Below are positions 23,193 to 37,522 of a stretch of 64,000 bases of DNA, piece by piece; the first letter of the stretch is position 1, and every line of letters starts with the position of its first letter. This DNA comes from Squalus acanthias. Lineage: Eukaryota. The translations under genes were made by a program, and so were the position numbers. The stretch is taken from contig CM059432.1 of assembly GCA_030390025.1 (NCBI GenBank), forward strand, positions 78,742,001 through 78,806,000, written 5' to 3'. The notes under the pieces are model-generated. The model did no database searches and had not been told where the DNA came from. It saw only the letters and a program-made list of their open reading frames with translations.

Positions 23193-24312
23193 AAATGAGG
23201 GAAAAAATCAGATTCCTACTCCTAATCACTATTCAGTGACCCCTGTTGGAAGGTTTGTGTGGACATCAAACGAGGACAGGATCAGGCTTTATTGTAATAG
23301 CCTCCCTCGTCAAATAGCATGGTAACATTAATTGCATAGGCTTACATATGAAAGGCAGCCTGTTGAGACAGGTATCGGAAAGCTGCCAGCACTAGAACTA
23401 GTTGTTTCACTGACTATTGTTACAGTTTACTTAATATTGCATGATAAAACTATGCTAGAAAGAGTACAAAATTCTTTCTAACCAGTTACTGCTTGTCTCA
23501 GTGGTTTCTCATAAACCAAATATGGAAACACATTTTTACATGATTCTAAGACACTTCCATTTTGTTGAAGTATGTTTATGGTGGACTGTTGTTAATCAAA
23601 ATGTACCTGTAATAATACACAATGGTCTGATGCATTTGTGAAATCCATAGTAACGAAATCAGATTGGAAAATGTTGATGTGCAAAATAATTCAAATTAAT
23701 ATATACTACTGTTATCCTAACAGGATACACTTTAGTCCTATATAATTATTTTACTCACCTGGCCTTTCCCTTCTCTTATGACAGGTTTACAATAGAATGT
23801 CAATGGAGGTAGTGCAGGATCTTTCCATTATAGTGCACTTAACATCAATTTAGCTGACACGAGCTTTCAAATGATTCATGTTATTACATTTGTCTGTTCA
23901 TTCAAAAATACTAGAAGTCAAAAGGTTTCAAATAAGATAGTCTCCAAAGTTTATTCTATTCAACAACCCAAATTGAAATACCACCTTTATTTTTTAACTT
24001 TTAATTGAAGAACTTTTAAAAGGAATGCCTTTCGCAATTTTTTATTTTACTTTTTTGTGTTCATTTCAATACACTGTGTCAAGGTAGAGAGCTAATATAG
24101 GCCATACTGACCCATTTTTAAACTCAGTGTTATACTCTTGTCCTTAGCTTTTAAAGTACTAAATGCTTTTTAAAACCAATGAGCATTATTTTGACTAATA
24201 AACAATAATACTATTGTACTAGGGTCCTGTGGCTCACAGTCCAACTCTCTCATACAACTTGACACCTTTCTTATTATCAGAGGTAGTGCTGCACAGAACT
24301 GAATAAAACAAA

Positions 24313-25056
24313 GGGCCAAAAATTCATCCCGCGACGCGAGAGTACGCACTGCGTACTCTCGCGTATTCTCTCTCCAATTGCCGGTTTTCTGCATGCCCTG
24401 CGCATGCGCTGAAAACCGGCACTTGGTCTTTTGAAAAGGGGGCGGTTCCTCGGTGCATCGCGTGCGCGCTACAGGCTGCGCGCACGCTGTGCACTTCATG
24501 CTTTGGACGCGCAGGTAAGTACGGAAGATTTTAGAAATGGAAAAAGGAGGAGTAAGACCCACTTTTAACAAGGTAAGTAGTGAATTAAGTATTTTTTTGA
24601 ATTTTTTTTAACAGGTATATCTTTTTTAGAGACTTTAAAGACAGGTAAGTTTATTTTTATAACTTTTTAAAAGATTTTAAATTTTTTCAAAAATTTAATT
24701 TTTTATTTAAAATGGTTAATTTATTTAACTATACTTATTTTATTAATGTGATGGGTTTTTTAAAAAATTTAATTGAGGTTTAGCTGTTATTTTGGGGGGG
24801 TGTAAGATTCATAGATTTCACAGCACGTATGTGAAACTTATGAATGGAAAATGGTGTGCTGCCATTGGCTCTAACTGAGTCACGTGATCCCACAGCTCGC
24901 ACGAATTCACTACGCCGGTGGGATACGCAAGCACTGCCCAGCTGATGTCTGGAACATCAAGTTCGTGCGAGCTGGATCTGAAAAAGCACAAGCGGAGTGA
25001 GAGATCGCGGGGAAGCCTTACCCCCGCGGGAACAGAGCGAGATCAATTTCTGGGCC
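24313..25056. mobile_element. Harbinger-type MITE
   Basis: Ends GGGCCAAAAATT / AATTTCTGGGCC, flanks AAA / AAA, CpG-rich subterminal arms with an AT-rich middle. Confidence 0.7.
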
Positions 25057-25726
25057 AAAAGCATTTTTATTAAGATACAGAAGCATATTAGTTGCATCAG
25101 GCCCCAAGGCATGCCAGAAACCCACTCAACAAAGTATGAAACCAGGCTGCTTTGGCAGGCTCCATTTTGCTGAATAAAGATTAAAAAAATAAGTTTACTA
25201 AAATCAAATACTGTATTTGCTTAAGTAAAATTTTCAGCGACTAACATACAACCTATTTACTAGCCAATTGCACATCACAGCATCGAGAAACAATGGGTAT
25301 GGCTTTACAATAGGACAGATGCTTTCCTAAGTGAAACTGAGTTCAATTGTATTTATATTTATAAATCAAACTATACTGTCAATCAAACGTTAGTGGGACA
25401 AATAATAAGACAGTTTCCATTCACAATAGCCTCAACGGCTTCAGAGATACTCAGGGTGTCTACAGTAACTCTTATAATAGCTTCTTATCCCTATTGTGGA
25501 GGATAGCTTTGTTTATGTGACTTGCGAAATGATTTCTTTCACACCTCATTCCCTGCCATTCTCACATTCGTACATGGGTTCATCACTATATGTCCAGAAA
25601 TTATACTTAAAATACATATCAGTCCAAAACTCATTAGCTATCAGGATAGGCTCAGGGAGCTGGGTCACTTTACGTTCGAATGTGTAGACTTTGATGAAAT
25701 TTGATAGAAGTATTTAAAATGATGAA

Positions 25727-27903
25727 TTGGGTAGGATTGATTGGGGAATGTCACTCAAAGGGTTGACGGTGGATAGGCAATGGCAAACATTCAAAGACTG
25801 CATGGATGAACTGCAGAATTTGTTCATCCCAGTGTGGCATAAGAATAAAACAAAAAGGGTGACTCAACCGTGGCTAACAAGGGAAATTAGGGATAGCATA
25901 AGATCCAAGGAGAGGGCATATAAATTGGCCAGAAAAAGTGGTAACCCTGAGGATTGGGAACAGTTTAGGATTCAACAAAGGAGGACAAAGGGATTAATTA
26001 AGAAGGGGAAAATAGAATATGAAAGTAAGCTTTCAGGGAACATAAAAACTGACTGTAAGAGCTTTTATAGATATGTGAAGAGAAAAAGATTAGTGAAATC
26101 AAGTGTAGGTCCCTTGCAGTCAGAAGTGGGGGAAGTTATAATGGGGAACAAAGAAATGGCAGACCAATTAAATGCATATTTTGGTTCTGTCTTCACAAAG
26201 GAGGACACAAATAACCTCCCAGAGATGTTGGAGAACATAGGGTCTGATGAAAGGGAGGAACTGAAAGAAATCAGTATTTGCAGGGAAATGGTGTTAGGGA
26301 AATTGATGGGATTGAAGGCCGATAAATCCCCAGGGCCTGATAATCTACATCCTAGGGTACTTAAGGAAGTGGCCCTAGAAATAGTAGATGCATTGCTGAT
26401 CATCTTCCAACATTCGATGGAATCTGGAACTGTACCCATGGATTGGAGGGTAGCTAATGTTACCCCACTATTCAAAAAGGGTGGTAGAGAGAAAGCGGGG
26501 AATTACAGACCGGTAAGCCTGACATCGGTAGTGGGGAAAATGCTAGAGTCCATTATAAAGGATGTAATAGCTGAGCACTTGAAAAACAGTGACAGGATCG
26601 GACAAAGTCAACATGGATTTACAAAAGGTAAATCGTGCTTGACTAATCTACTGGAATTTTTTGAGGATGTAACTGGGAAAATAGATAAGGGAGAACCAGT
26701 AGATGCGGTGTATTTGGACTTTCAAAAGGCTTTCGATAAGGTCCCACATCAGAGATTAGCGTGTAAAGTTAAGGCACATGGGATTGGGGGCAAGGTATTG
26801 ACTTGGATAGAGAACTGGTTGGCGGACAGAAAGCAGAGAGTAGGAATTAATGGGTCTTTTTCCGAGTGGCAGGCAGTGACTAGTGGGGTACCGCAGGGTT
26901 CGGTCCTTGGACCCCAGCTATTCACAATATACATTAATGATCTAGATAAGGGAACTAAATGTAATATCTCCAAGTTTGCAGATGACACAAAGCTGGGTGG
27001 GCGTGTGTGCTGCGAGGAGGATACTGAGAAACTCCAGGATGATTTGGACAGGTTGGGTGAGTGGGCAGAAGCGTGGCAGATGCAATATAACATGGATAAA
27101 TGCGAGGTTATCCACTTTGGTGTCAAAAACAGAAAGGCAGACTATTATCTGAATGGCAATAGATTGGGAGAAGGGGAAGTGCAACGAGACCTGGGTGTCC
27201 TTGTGCACCAGTCGCTGAAGGTAAGCATGCAGGTGCAGCAGGCGGTGAAGAAGGCAAATGGTATGTTGCCCTTCATAGCGAAAGGGTTTGAGTATAGGAA
27301 CAGGAATGTCCTGCTGCAGTTGTACAGGGCCTTGGTGAGACCACACCTTGAGTACTGTGTGCAGTTTTGGTCACCTTATCTGAGGAAGGATGTTCTTGCC
27401 ATGGAAGGAGTTCAGCGAAGATTCACAAGGCTGATACCTGGGATGGCAGGAATGACATATGAGGAGAGATTGGGTCGATTGGGCTTATACTCGCTTGAGT
27501 ATAGAAGAATGAGAGGGGATCTCATCAAAACATATAAAATTCTGACAGGTCTGGACAAACTAGATGCAGGAAGAATGTTCCCAATGGTCGGAGAGTCCGG
27601 AACCAGGGGTCATAATCTAAGGATAAGGGGTAAGCCATTTAGGACAGAAATGAGGAAGAATTTCCTCACCCAGAGAGTGGTGAACCTGTGGAATTCTCTA
27701 CCACAGAAGGTAGTTGAGGCCAAGTCATTAAATATATTCAAGAATGAGTTAGATATATTTCTTAAAGCTAAAGGTAGCAAGGGATATGGGGAGAAGGCAG
27801 GTACAGGGTACTGAGTTTGGATGATCAGCATGATCTCATCGAATGGCGGAGCAGGCTCGAGGGGCCGAATGGCCTACTCCTGCTCCTATCTTCTATGTCT
27901 ATG
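25727..27903 (+). mobile_element. CR1 LINE, 5'-truncated, uninterrupted 695-codon ORF2 segment
   Basis: Complete RT (FADD) and C-terminus to the stop at 27814; 3' stem-loop and CTATGT tail. Inserted into an older CR1 (about 25620-25726 and 27904-28260). Confidence 0.95.
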
Positions 27904-29017
27904 ACTAGACAGATTATTTGAATTAGACAAGTTAGGAAGAACAAGGGGATATGCGTACAAGCTACGTAAGCATAGAACCTGTTTAGATGGCAGGAAATTT
28001 CTCTTTTCCCAGAGGATTATTGACCTTTGGAATAGGTTGACAGCTCATTCAGTGGATGCAGATTCACTGCAAATGTTCAAAAGGGAGCTGGACATGTACC
28101 AGGAGGAGGCTGACATGGCTGCATACAAAAGGTAGGTGCATTGTTGAGTAATGTAGCTCGTGGTCATTGTTGTTTCCTGCAACTTCTTTTGGATTGTCTT
28201 TGGAGGGTCGGAGAGGAACTTCCCAGAATTAATTTTCCCCGAATTGGCCTAGGGTTTCTTTAAATCTGTTTCTTTGAGTACAAGAACATAAGAACATAAG
28301 AAAGAGGAGCAGAGTAGGCCATTCGGCCCTTCCAGTCTGCTCATGGCTGATCTTCTACCTCAACTCCACCATCCCGTACTATCTCCATGTCTTTGATTCC
28401 CTTAACATCCAAAAATCTATTGCTTTCTGGCCGTGAAATTTGGGGTTGTATCGCCGGCCGTTGAGGCCAGTTTTGTTGAAACAATTGCGGCCACCTTGCT
28501 TCTGCCCGCTTCCGGTATGGAACACTGCAGCTGCCATTTTCGCGAGGTCGGCAGAGCTCACCTCTCCCATGTAAATATGCAGATCATGATTTCAATCGGC
28601 GTGCAACACCTGGATTGACGCACAACTGCGATTTTGGACGTCACCGCTCTCCGTACCACCCTCCCCTAACCACGCTAATGAAGAATATACGTGCAGCAGT
28701 TGTACAGAAACGCTATTAGTGCTCCTTAAAGGGACACACACATCTTTCAGGTAAATTTCAATTTCAGCTTTTAGAGTGCTTTTTTTTTACATTTTATAGG
28801 AGTAGTTGCCGGGTGCAGTACATTTAAAAAGTTGCTAAAGTCTGCAGGGGTGCAGGGAGTGCTGCTGGATGCTTGCAAGGCTTTGGATGTTAAAGGAAGG
28901 CCTCTGAGAACACCACTTGCTCCCAGTCCTGGGGGCTCTAGTTGCAGTCCCTCTTGGGCTGCAACATCACACGGAGATGAAGCAGAGGCAGCAAAGGGGA
29001 CAAGCTGCTCGCAGAAG

Positions 29018-31897
29018 GAACATAAGAACGTAAGAAATAGGAGCAGGAGTAGGCCATTCGGCCCTTCGAGCCTGCTCCGCCATTCAATGAGATCATGGCT
29101 GATCTTCTGCCTCAATTCCATTCACCGGCCCTATCGTCATATCCCTTGATGCCCTTATTAGTCAGAAATCTATCGACTTCTGTTTTGAATATACCCAATG
29201 ACTGAGCCTCCACAGCCCTCTGGGGTAGAGAATTCCAAAGATTCACCACCCTCTGAGTGAAGAAATTTCTTCTCATCTCAGTCCTGAATGGCCTACCCTT
29301 TATCCTGAGGCTGTGGCCCCTGGTTCTAGACTCCCCAGCCAAGGGAAACATTCTCCCAGCATCCACCCTATCAAGCCCTGTAATAATTTTGTATGCTTCA
29401 ATGAGATCCCCTCTCATTCTTCTGAATTCAAGAGAATACAGGCCTAGTTTACTCAATCTCTTCTCATACGACAGTCCCGCCATCCCAGGAATCAATCTCA
29501 TGAACCTTCGTTGCACTCCCTCTATGGCAAGTATATCCTTCCTTTGGTAAGGAGACCAAAATTGTACACAGTACTCCAGGTGTGGTCTCACCAAGGCCCT
29601 ATATAATTGGAGTAAGACTTCTTTACTCCTGTACTCAAATCCTCTTGTAATGAAGGCCAGCATACCATTTGCCTTCCTAATGGCTTGCTGCACCTGCACA
29701 TTCACTTTCAGTGACTCATGTACAAGGACACCCAGGACCCTTTGAGCATCTGCATTCCCCAATCTTTCACCATTTAGGAAGTACTCTGCCTTTCTGTTTT
29801 TTCTACCAAAGTGGATAACTTCACATTTATCCACATTATATTCCATGCCATGTTCTCGCCCACTCACTGAACCTGTTGCGATCCCCTTGAAGCCTCTTCA
29901 CATCCTCTTCGCAACTGACAGTGCCACCTCGCTTTGTGTCATCAGCAAATTTGGAAATGTTACATTTAGTCCCCTCATCCAAATCATTGAAATAGATTGT
30001 GAATAGCTGGGGCCCAAGCACCGATCCTTGTGGTACCCCACTAGTCACAGCCTGCCATCCTGAAAAAGACCTGTTTATCCCTACTCTTTGTTTTCTGTCT
30101 GTTAACCAATTCTCAATCCATGCTAGTATATTACCCCCAATTCCATGTGCCTTAATTTTGTTCACCAACCTCTTGTGTGGGACCTTATCGAAGGCCTTCT
30201 GAAAATCCAAATACACCACATTTCCCAGTTCCCTTTTGTCGACTCCACTAGTTACATCCTCAAAGAACTCCAATAGGTTTGTCAAACAGGATTTCCCTTT
30301 CATAAATCCATGTTGACTCTGCCCAATCTTACTATTAGTTTCTAAGTGTCCAGTTATTGCATCCTTTATAATAGATTCCAGCATTTTCCCAACTACTGAT
30401 GTGAGGCTAACAGGTCTGTAGTTCCCCGTTTTCTCTCTCCCTCCTTTCTTAAAAAGCGGGGTTACATTTGCTATCCTCCAATCTGCAGGAACCGTTCCAG
30501 AATCTATTGAATTTTGGAAGATAACAGCCAATGCGTCCACTATCCCAATGGCCACCTCTTTCAAAATCCTAGGATGTAGGTCATCCGGTCCTTGGGATTT
30601 ATCGACTTTTAGTCCCATTAATTTTGCTAGTACTGTTTTTTTTACTAATAATAATTTCTTTAAGTTCCTCATTCTCGCCACACCCTTGGTTTTCTCGTAT
30701 TTCTGGGAGGTTTTTTGTGTCTTCCTCCGTGAAGACAGAAACAAAGTATATATTTAATTTCTCTGCCATTTCCTCATTCCCCATTATAAATTCTCCCGTC
30801 TCTGACTGTAAAGGACCTACATTTACCTTCGCCAGTCTTTTCCTTTTCACATACCTATAGAAACTTTTACAATACGTTTTTATATTTTTCGCTAGTTTGT
30901 GCTCATATTCCATTTTCCCTTTCTTTATCAATTTCTTGGTCCCCCTTTGCTGATTTCTAAAAAGATCCCAATCCTCAGGCTGACTGCTTTTTCTGGCAAT
31001 TTTATAAGCTTCCTCCTTTGACTTAATACTAGCTTTAATTTCTTTTGTTAGCCATGGTTGGATCACTTTTCCTTTTGGGTTTTTATGCCCTAGAGGAATA
31101 TATGTTTGTTGCAAATTATGCATTATTTCCTTGAATGTTAGCCATTGTATGTCCACCTTCATATCTTTTAGTGTAGTCTCCCAATCTACCATGGCCAACT
31201 TGTCCCTCATACCCTTGTAGTTTCCTCTGTTTAGATTGAAGACCTTAGTTTCAGATTGGACTACATCATTCTCAAACTTAATGTAAAATTCAATCATATT
31301 ATGGTCACTTGTCCCTAAAGGCCCCTTTACCACAAGATTATTGATTAGCTCTTTCTCATTACACAGTACCAGATCCAGAATAGCCTGTTCCCTGGTTGGT
31401 TCCTCCACATACTGATCCAGGAAACCATCTCGCATGCATTCCAAGAATTCGTTCTCCACACCATTAGTGGTAATTTGATTTGCCCAGTCAATATGTAGAT
31501 TAAAGTCCCCCATGATTACCGTATTGCCCTTGTTACATGCACTTCTAATCTCTTGATTGATACTGTGCCCTACATTACCACTACTGTTTGGTGGCCTATA
31601 CACAACTCCCACCAATGTTTTCCGCCCTTTGCTCTTTCTTAGCTCCACCCAAACTGATTCCAGTTCTACATCACGATCTGCCAAGCCAAGATCTTTTATC
31701 TCTACCGTACTGATCTCATCCCTTATTAACAGCGCTACGCCACCTCCTTTTCCTTTTTGTCTGTCCTTCCTAAATGTTGAGTACCCTGGAACATTCAGTT
31801 CCCAGCTTTGGTTACCCTGCAACCATGTCTCTGTAATGGCAATTACATCATACCCATTTACTTCTATTAGTGCCATTAATTCATCCACCTTGTTGCA
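29018..31897 (-). mobile_element. CR1 LINE with nearly complete ORF2 (APE + RT), frameshifted
   Basis: APE motifs ITETW, GVVYRPP, GDFN, SDH (30599-31912), RT (29836-30744), C-terminus (29112-29867), 3' tail. Confidence 0.95.
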
Positions 31898-32677
31898 AAG
31901 GTGGACATACAAAGGCTAACATTCAAGGAAATAATGCATAATTTGCAACATATATTCCTCTAGGGCATAAAAACCCAAAAGGAAAAGTGATCCAACCATG
32001 GCTAACAAAAGAAATTAAAGCTAGTATTAAGTCAAAGGAGGAAGCTTATAAAGTTGCCAGAAAAAGCAGTCAGCCTGACGAAGAGGAGGAAGTAGAAGAG
32101 GAGGAAGCAGAACAGGAAGAAGCAGAAGAGGAGGAAGCCCGAGATATCCGGGATCGAATCATCCACCTGCGGTACCAGTGACCACAGCACCAATTCCCCT
32201 TTCAACATTTGTCCCACACCTTACCTTCCCTCTGTTTCTGACCAGCACTGTGTCCTCTTGGCCACAATGCTGAAATAAAAGCCACCACAAAGCAAACTTT
32301 CCAATCTAATTTTATCCATATATGCATCCAATATTACATTAAAAAAATCAACTAATCACCCTTGTACATTCCCTTAGTGACTGTCTTGTGTGTGTCTTTG
32401 CCTATCCTAGTGATGTTACACAGTGCCACCCCAGTGCCTGCAGCATGGCTGGTGGAAGTCTGATGACTTGCAGTGAGGGACACTGCAGATGGCCTTGCAG
32501 GACAACCTCGAGCAGCTGGTGGCTGGAGTGTTGAATCGAGTGATGGTGTTTCTTCTTCTTCTTCTTCACTCTCCTCTCCCTCTTCTTGGTCAACCACTGG
32601 CTGGGCAGGCTGGACTTCTTGGGTGTTTGAAATGAGGAAAGCACAAGGGTAGGGTTGTGGTGAGGGTGGGAAAGCAA

Positions 32678-33405
32678 GAAGGAAGCCATTTGGCCCATCG
32701 TGTCTGTGCCAGCCAAAAAAGAACTATCCAGCCTAATCCCACTCTCCAGCTCTTGGTCCGTAGCTTTGTAGGTTATGGCACTTCAAATGCATGTCCAAGT
32801 ACTTTTTAAATGTGATGAGGGTCTCTGCCTCTACCACCCTTTCAGGTAGTGAGTTTCAAACCCCCACCACACTCTGGGTGAAAAAATTTCTCCTCAACTC
32901 CCCTCTAATCCTTCTACCAATTACTTTAAATCTATGCCCCCTTGTTATTGACCTCTCTGCTAAGGGAAATAGGTCCATCCTATCCACTCTATCTAGGCCC
33001 CTCATAATTTTATACACCACAATTAAATCTTCCCCCAGCCTATCCATTCTTTCCTCATAGCTAAAATTCTCCAGTCCTGGCAACATTCTCGTAAATCTCC
33101 TCTGTACCCTCTCTAGTGCAACCACATCTTTTCTGTAATGTGGTGACCAGAACTGTACACAGTACTCTAGCTGTGGTCTAACTAGTGTTTTATACAGTTC
33201 TAGCATAACCTCCCTGCTCTTATATTCTATGCCTTAGCTAATAAAGGAAAACATCCGTATGCTTTCTTAACCACCTTATCTACCTGTCCTGCTACCTTCA
33301 GGGATCTGTGGACATGCATTCTGAGGTCCTTCTGTTCCTCTACACTTCTCAGTATCCTACCATTTATTGTGTATTCCCTTGCCTTGTTAGCCCTCCCCAA
33401 ATGTA
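32678..33405 (-). mobile_element. CR1 3' fragment (same subfamily as 62395-64000)
   Basis: LYKTLVRPQLEYCVQFWSPHYRKDV and a matching 3' UTR. Confidence 0.9.
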
Positions 33406-33840
33406 TTACCTATATGCTTGCCAGAACACTCCCTGATACCAAAGAACCTTGAAATGACTAAAGAAAACTCTTGTAGTAACAGGAAGTAGCACACAGCCAC
33501 TCAAACTGCAAAACCCTGTCAGGTGTGACTGATTGGTGATGATCCCTTTAAATAGTATCGCTGGAGCCGGCTTCCTGCTGCTGCACCTCACCTCAACCTG
33601 TCTTTGTTTTCTCCAGCCGGTAAGTTCAATGGCTATAATGAAGTTGGGAGATCAGGCATCAAGTGAGCGTTGCACACTCACTGACATCATGATCTCCGTG
33701 ATTGCGATGTCCCCAGCGATCAAGTTTAGCAGCAGCGCTACTGGCAAGAAGGACATGGCGTGCGGCGTCAGCTGGCGGTAGAGCTCTGAACGGCATTTTG
33801 GCGCCATCTTGTGGCGCTAAACACACAAATTTCTCCCCCC

Positions 33841-34720
33841 TTTACTCTTATACTCCAATCTTTCTGTAATAAAGGCTAACATTCTATTTGCTTACCTAAT
33901 TGCTTGCTGTACCTGCATGTTTACTTTCAGTGATTCATGTACAAGGACACCCAGGTCCCTTCGAACACCAACATTTCCCAATCTCTCATCATTTAAAAAA
34001 TATTCTGCTTTTCTATTTTTCCTACCAAAGTGGGTAACTTCACATTTCTCCACATTATATTCCATCTGCCATGTTCTTGCCCACTCAATTAACCTGTCTA
34101 TATCCCTTTGCAGCCTCTTTGCATCCTCCTCACAACTTACTTTCCCACCTAGCTTTGTATCGCCAGCAAACTTGGATACATTACACTTGGTTCCCCTCAT
34201 CTAAGTCATTGATGTAGATTGTAAATAGTTGAGGACCAAGCACTGATCCTTGTGGTACCCCACTAGTTACAGCCTGCCAACTCAAAAATAACCAATTCAT
34301 TCCTACTCTCAGTTTTCTGTCCGTTAACCAATCCTCAATCCATATTAATATATTATCCCCAATCCCATGAGCCCTAATTTTGTGTAATAACCTCTTTGTG
34401 GCACCTTATCGAATGCTTTCTGAAAATAAAAATACACTAAATCTACTGGTTCCCCCTTATCTACCCTGCTAGTTACAACCTCAAAACCTCGATTAGATTT
34501 GTCAAACACGATTTCCCTTTCATAAATCCGTGTTGATTCTTCCCAATCATATTATGATTTTCTAATTGCCCTGTTACCACGTCCCTAATAATAGATTCTA
34601 GCATTTTCCCTACTACTGATGTTAGGCTAACTGGTCTATAGTTCCCTTTTTTCTCTCTCCCTCCTTTCTTGAATAACGGTGTTACAATTGCTACCTTGCA
34701 ATCCATGGGGACCGTCTGGA
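33841..34720 (-). mobile_element. CR1 RT fragment
   Basis: NYRPVSLTSV, QHGFMKGKSCL, KFAGDTK; frameshifted. Confidence 0.9.
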
Positions 34721-35657
34721 ATCTAGGAAATTTCCACCCCTCAATATCCATATTTAGCCTTTTACCTTTTCCAGATTTAATTTCCACTGGCTAGAAATCA
34801 CAACTGGTTTAACACATTTGTATGACATTTCGCTGTCTGTTATTTTAAAATCAACATTAATCCCTTTATTGTACATCTGCTTTATTTTAAACCTCCACTA
34901 AACTAGCAGACAATGGAATGTTACACAAATACATTAAGCAATTGTCTGATAATATTGCAAACAGTAATTTATAGCCTATGTAATTCAGGAGAATAAAATA
35001 TTCTTTGTCTATTTATATTATTGTTTTTCATAATCTACACATAGCTGTTGAAATATGCATCTGTTGTAGCATATGGCAATCCATCATCATCCACTGCTTT
35101 GTTGCACCAGTAACCAGGGGTGGGATTTTAAATATGTTCATCCATTTAAAAAATGCTCCTCAAATTAGACATAATGATCACCAATTTCAGCATAATTTAT
35201 GCTTTACTGTAGTATAGGACAACTGTGCCTGAAATAACAGTCTGTGATGTTGCACATGCTGTTTTAATGGTTGAACAGCTGTTGGGGTGGAGTTTGCACT
35301 CACAGGTGTCTGTGAGGCATGCACAGTCACTGGCGGCACTTGCAACAATTCGAACAGCATGTAACATGCATTCTTAGGAGAAGTGTAGCTATCTTGATCA
35401 TTCTTAGTCAACCTTTCATACAAAAAGTGCAGAATGATGAAGCTTGGAGAAGATTGAAAACCACTAGAAAGATGCAGTGCATAATAGGAATAGCATTGCT
35501 GAATGAACCAAAACAGAGAAAGAGAAACAGAAACTGTAAAAGAGAGAGAAAGAAACCAAGAGAGACTGCGATAGAGAGAGAACAAAGATAGACAAAAATT
35601 TAGAAATTACTGTTGCCAGTATCACCTGACAAATGCTTAACACTTTTTTATGATATT

Positions 35658-35905
35658 AGAACATAAGAAATAGGAGCAGGAGTAGGCCATGCGGCCCCTC
35701 GAGCCTGCTCTGCCATTCAATAAGATCATGGCTGATCATCGACTTCAACTCCACTTTCCCGCCCGATCTCCATATCCCTTGATTCCCCTAGAGTCCAAAA
35801 ATCTATCTATCTCAGCCTTCAATATACTCAAAGACTCAGCATTCACAGCCCTCTGGGGCAGAGAATTCCGAAGATTCACAACCCTCTGAGTGAAGATATT
35901 CCTCT
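35658..35905 (-). mobile_element. CR1 3' end fragment
   Basis: AGAACATAAGAAATAGGAGCAGGAGTAGGCC tail plus the last ORF2 codons. Confidence 0.85.
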
Positions 35906-37522
35906 GTTCATTATTCTAACACAGGCATTATTTCAAGGAGTTAGTAGCAGTCAGATCAGCATCCTACAAATGCATTAATATTTATCTACCAATATCACCA
36001 AAAGTAAATTTTAAACTAGAGAAAAGGATAAATTGGAATGTCACATGATACTTCCACATAGTGCAAACTAAGTGAAAGGGGTAAAGCTGTAAACTGCTAT
36101 CCCATTCAATTATACACACATATACACAAAACCCCATTTTTATATTCAGGACCTTATCATCTCCTATTATTGCTGCTTCATATTTTGCCGTTCCTACTCA
36201 CACTTAGAGAGGGTCACATGATGTGAATAATTTAGATAGTCAGAAAAACATGCAGAGCACATGCCCAAATTTCAAATATGCGCTCCTAAAGTTGGAAAAT
36301 TACCGTTAATCCATATAGAGAATATATGATTAGCAGTTTAACGTACTTCTTTTCTGAATAGCTTTAAATTAGGCTCGTTGATTAATTTCAGCATTGTACA
36401 CTGCCATCTGCTGTATTTTGGATGTATTCCAGTTACCATCATGCATTCTATAACTTATATGTAGCTTCTTCACTGAAAACAGTTAAAATGAATACAAGAA
36501 CATCCATTTATTTTCAAATTTGACTATAATAACTATGCTATCACTAAATACTAAACTAATGCTTGATTCACAGTGCTTATATAATTTAATGGCATACAAA
36601 CCATGTATCATTTTTTTTCCTATCCAGTTATTTTCCTTCCTTTCCTGAAGCTACTGACATGCTGGGATAGGCTTCCACTGACGACAGCACCTTCTGGTAC
36701 CTCATCCAAGTGACCATTCTTCACCTGTGATCCCAGACAGAACTGCTAGACTATTCGACTATGGGCAAACATCACTACTGAGCCCAATGTTGACCCACAC
36801 ACACACACTTTTCAGCTGATAGTAATCAGGAAAGGGAACCTTGACACTGAAGCCAATTGTAACAACACTCTGTCAACCACCACCCAGTTAGCATCAGCTA
36901 ACTCATCACAGTTCCTTACCAGATATCCATTCATCTATTTATTTAGGCGTTGATTGCATTATCTGGGTGTTGTTGGTAAGGGTGACTCACCTCCTTTCCC
37001 ATCAAGAATCAGCTGGTGCCCACCTGGCACCTTCTTCTGACATCTCTCACTGAGTTTGGGAAGTTGCCGTGCAGTTGTAAATCCAGGTCCTAGTGCTATA
37101 TAATGGATCATACTGTTGCTCAAACTCACTATACAAACCAAAAGGATCACTATAACCTTTTGTGGGGTCACCCAGATGTCTGACATGTGCAGAAACCCAT
37201 CGCCATATTCAAGAGTCTCCAAACCAAGCTACCGCAAAGTGTACGCCTACCTTTGGGGTCTCTGTTTACCAATATGGGACACATCCCACTCAACCAAGCC
37301 CTTGCTCGGTTTTATAATAATAAAGATATAAAATTTACTATGTGGACGATGTTTCATCAAAAAGAATCATGTAAAGCTTGTGAATTATTGTACCTGTAGT
37401 ACCTGTTATGGTGGTAAGTAACGCTGTGATAGGAACTTTCAATTCAAGAGCTGTTACAGATTCACCCAGCCTGCTGACCCACACAGTGAGTGTGATGGTA
37501 CCAGTAGGGTTTTAAATTTTAA

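Larger units (their letters stand above)
28429..33839. mobile_element. Non-autonomous Harbinger family C copy carrying two nested CR1s
   Basis: Ends GGCCGTGAAATT / AATTTCTCCCCC. 28700-28910 and 32080-32640 are reverse-complement homologues of 39290-39460 and 38500-39100. It interrupts a minus-strand CR1 (28280-28425 and 33841-34720). Confidence 0.75.
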
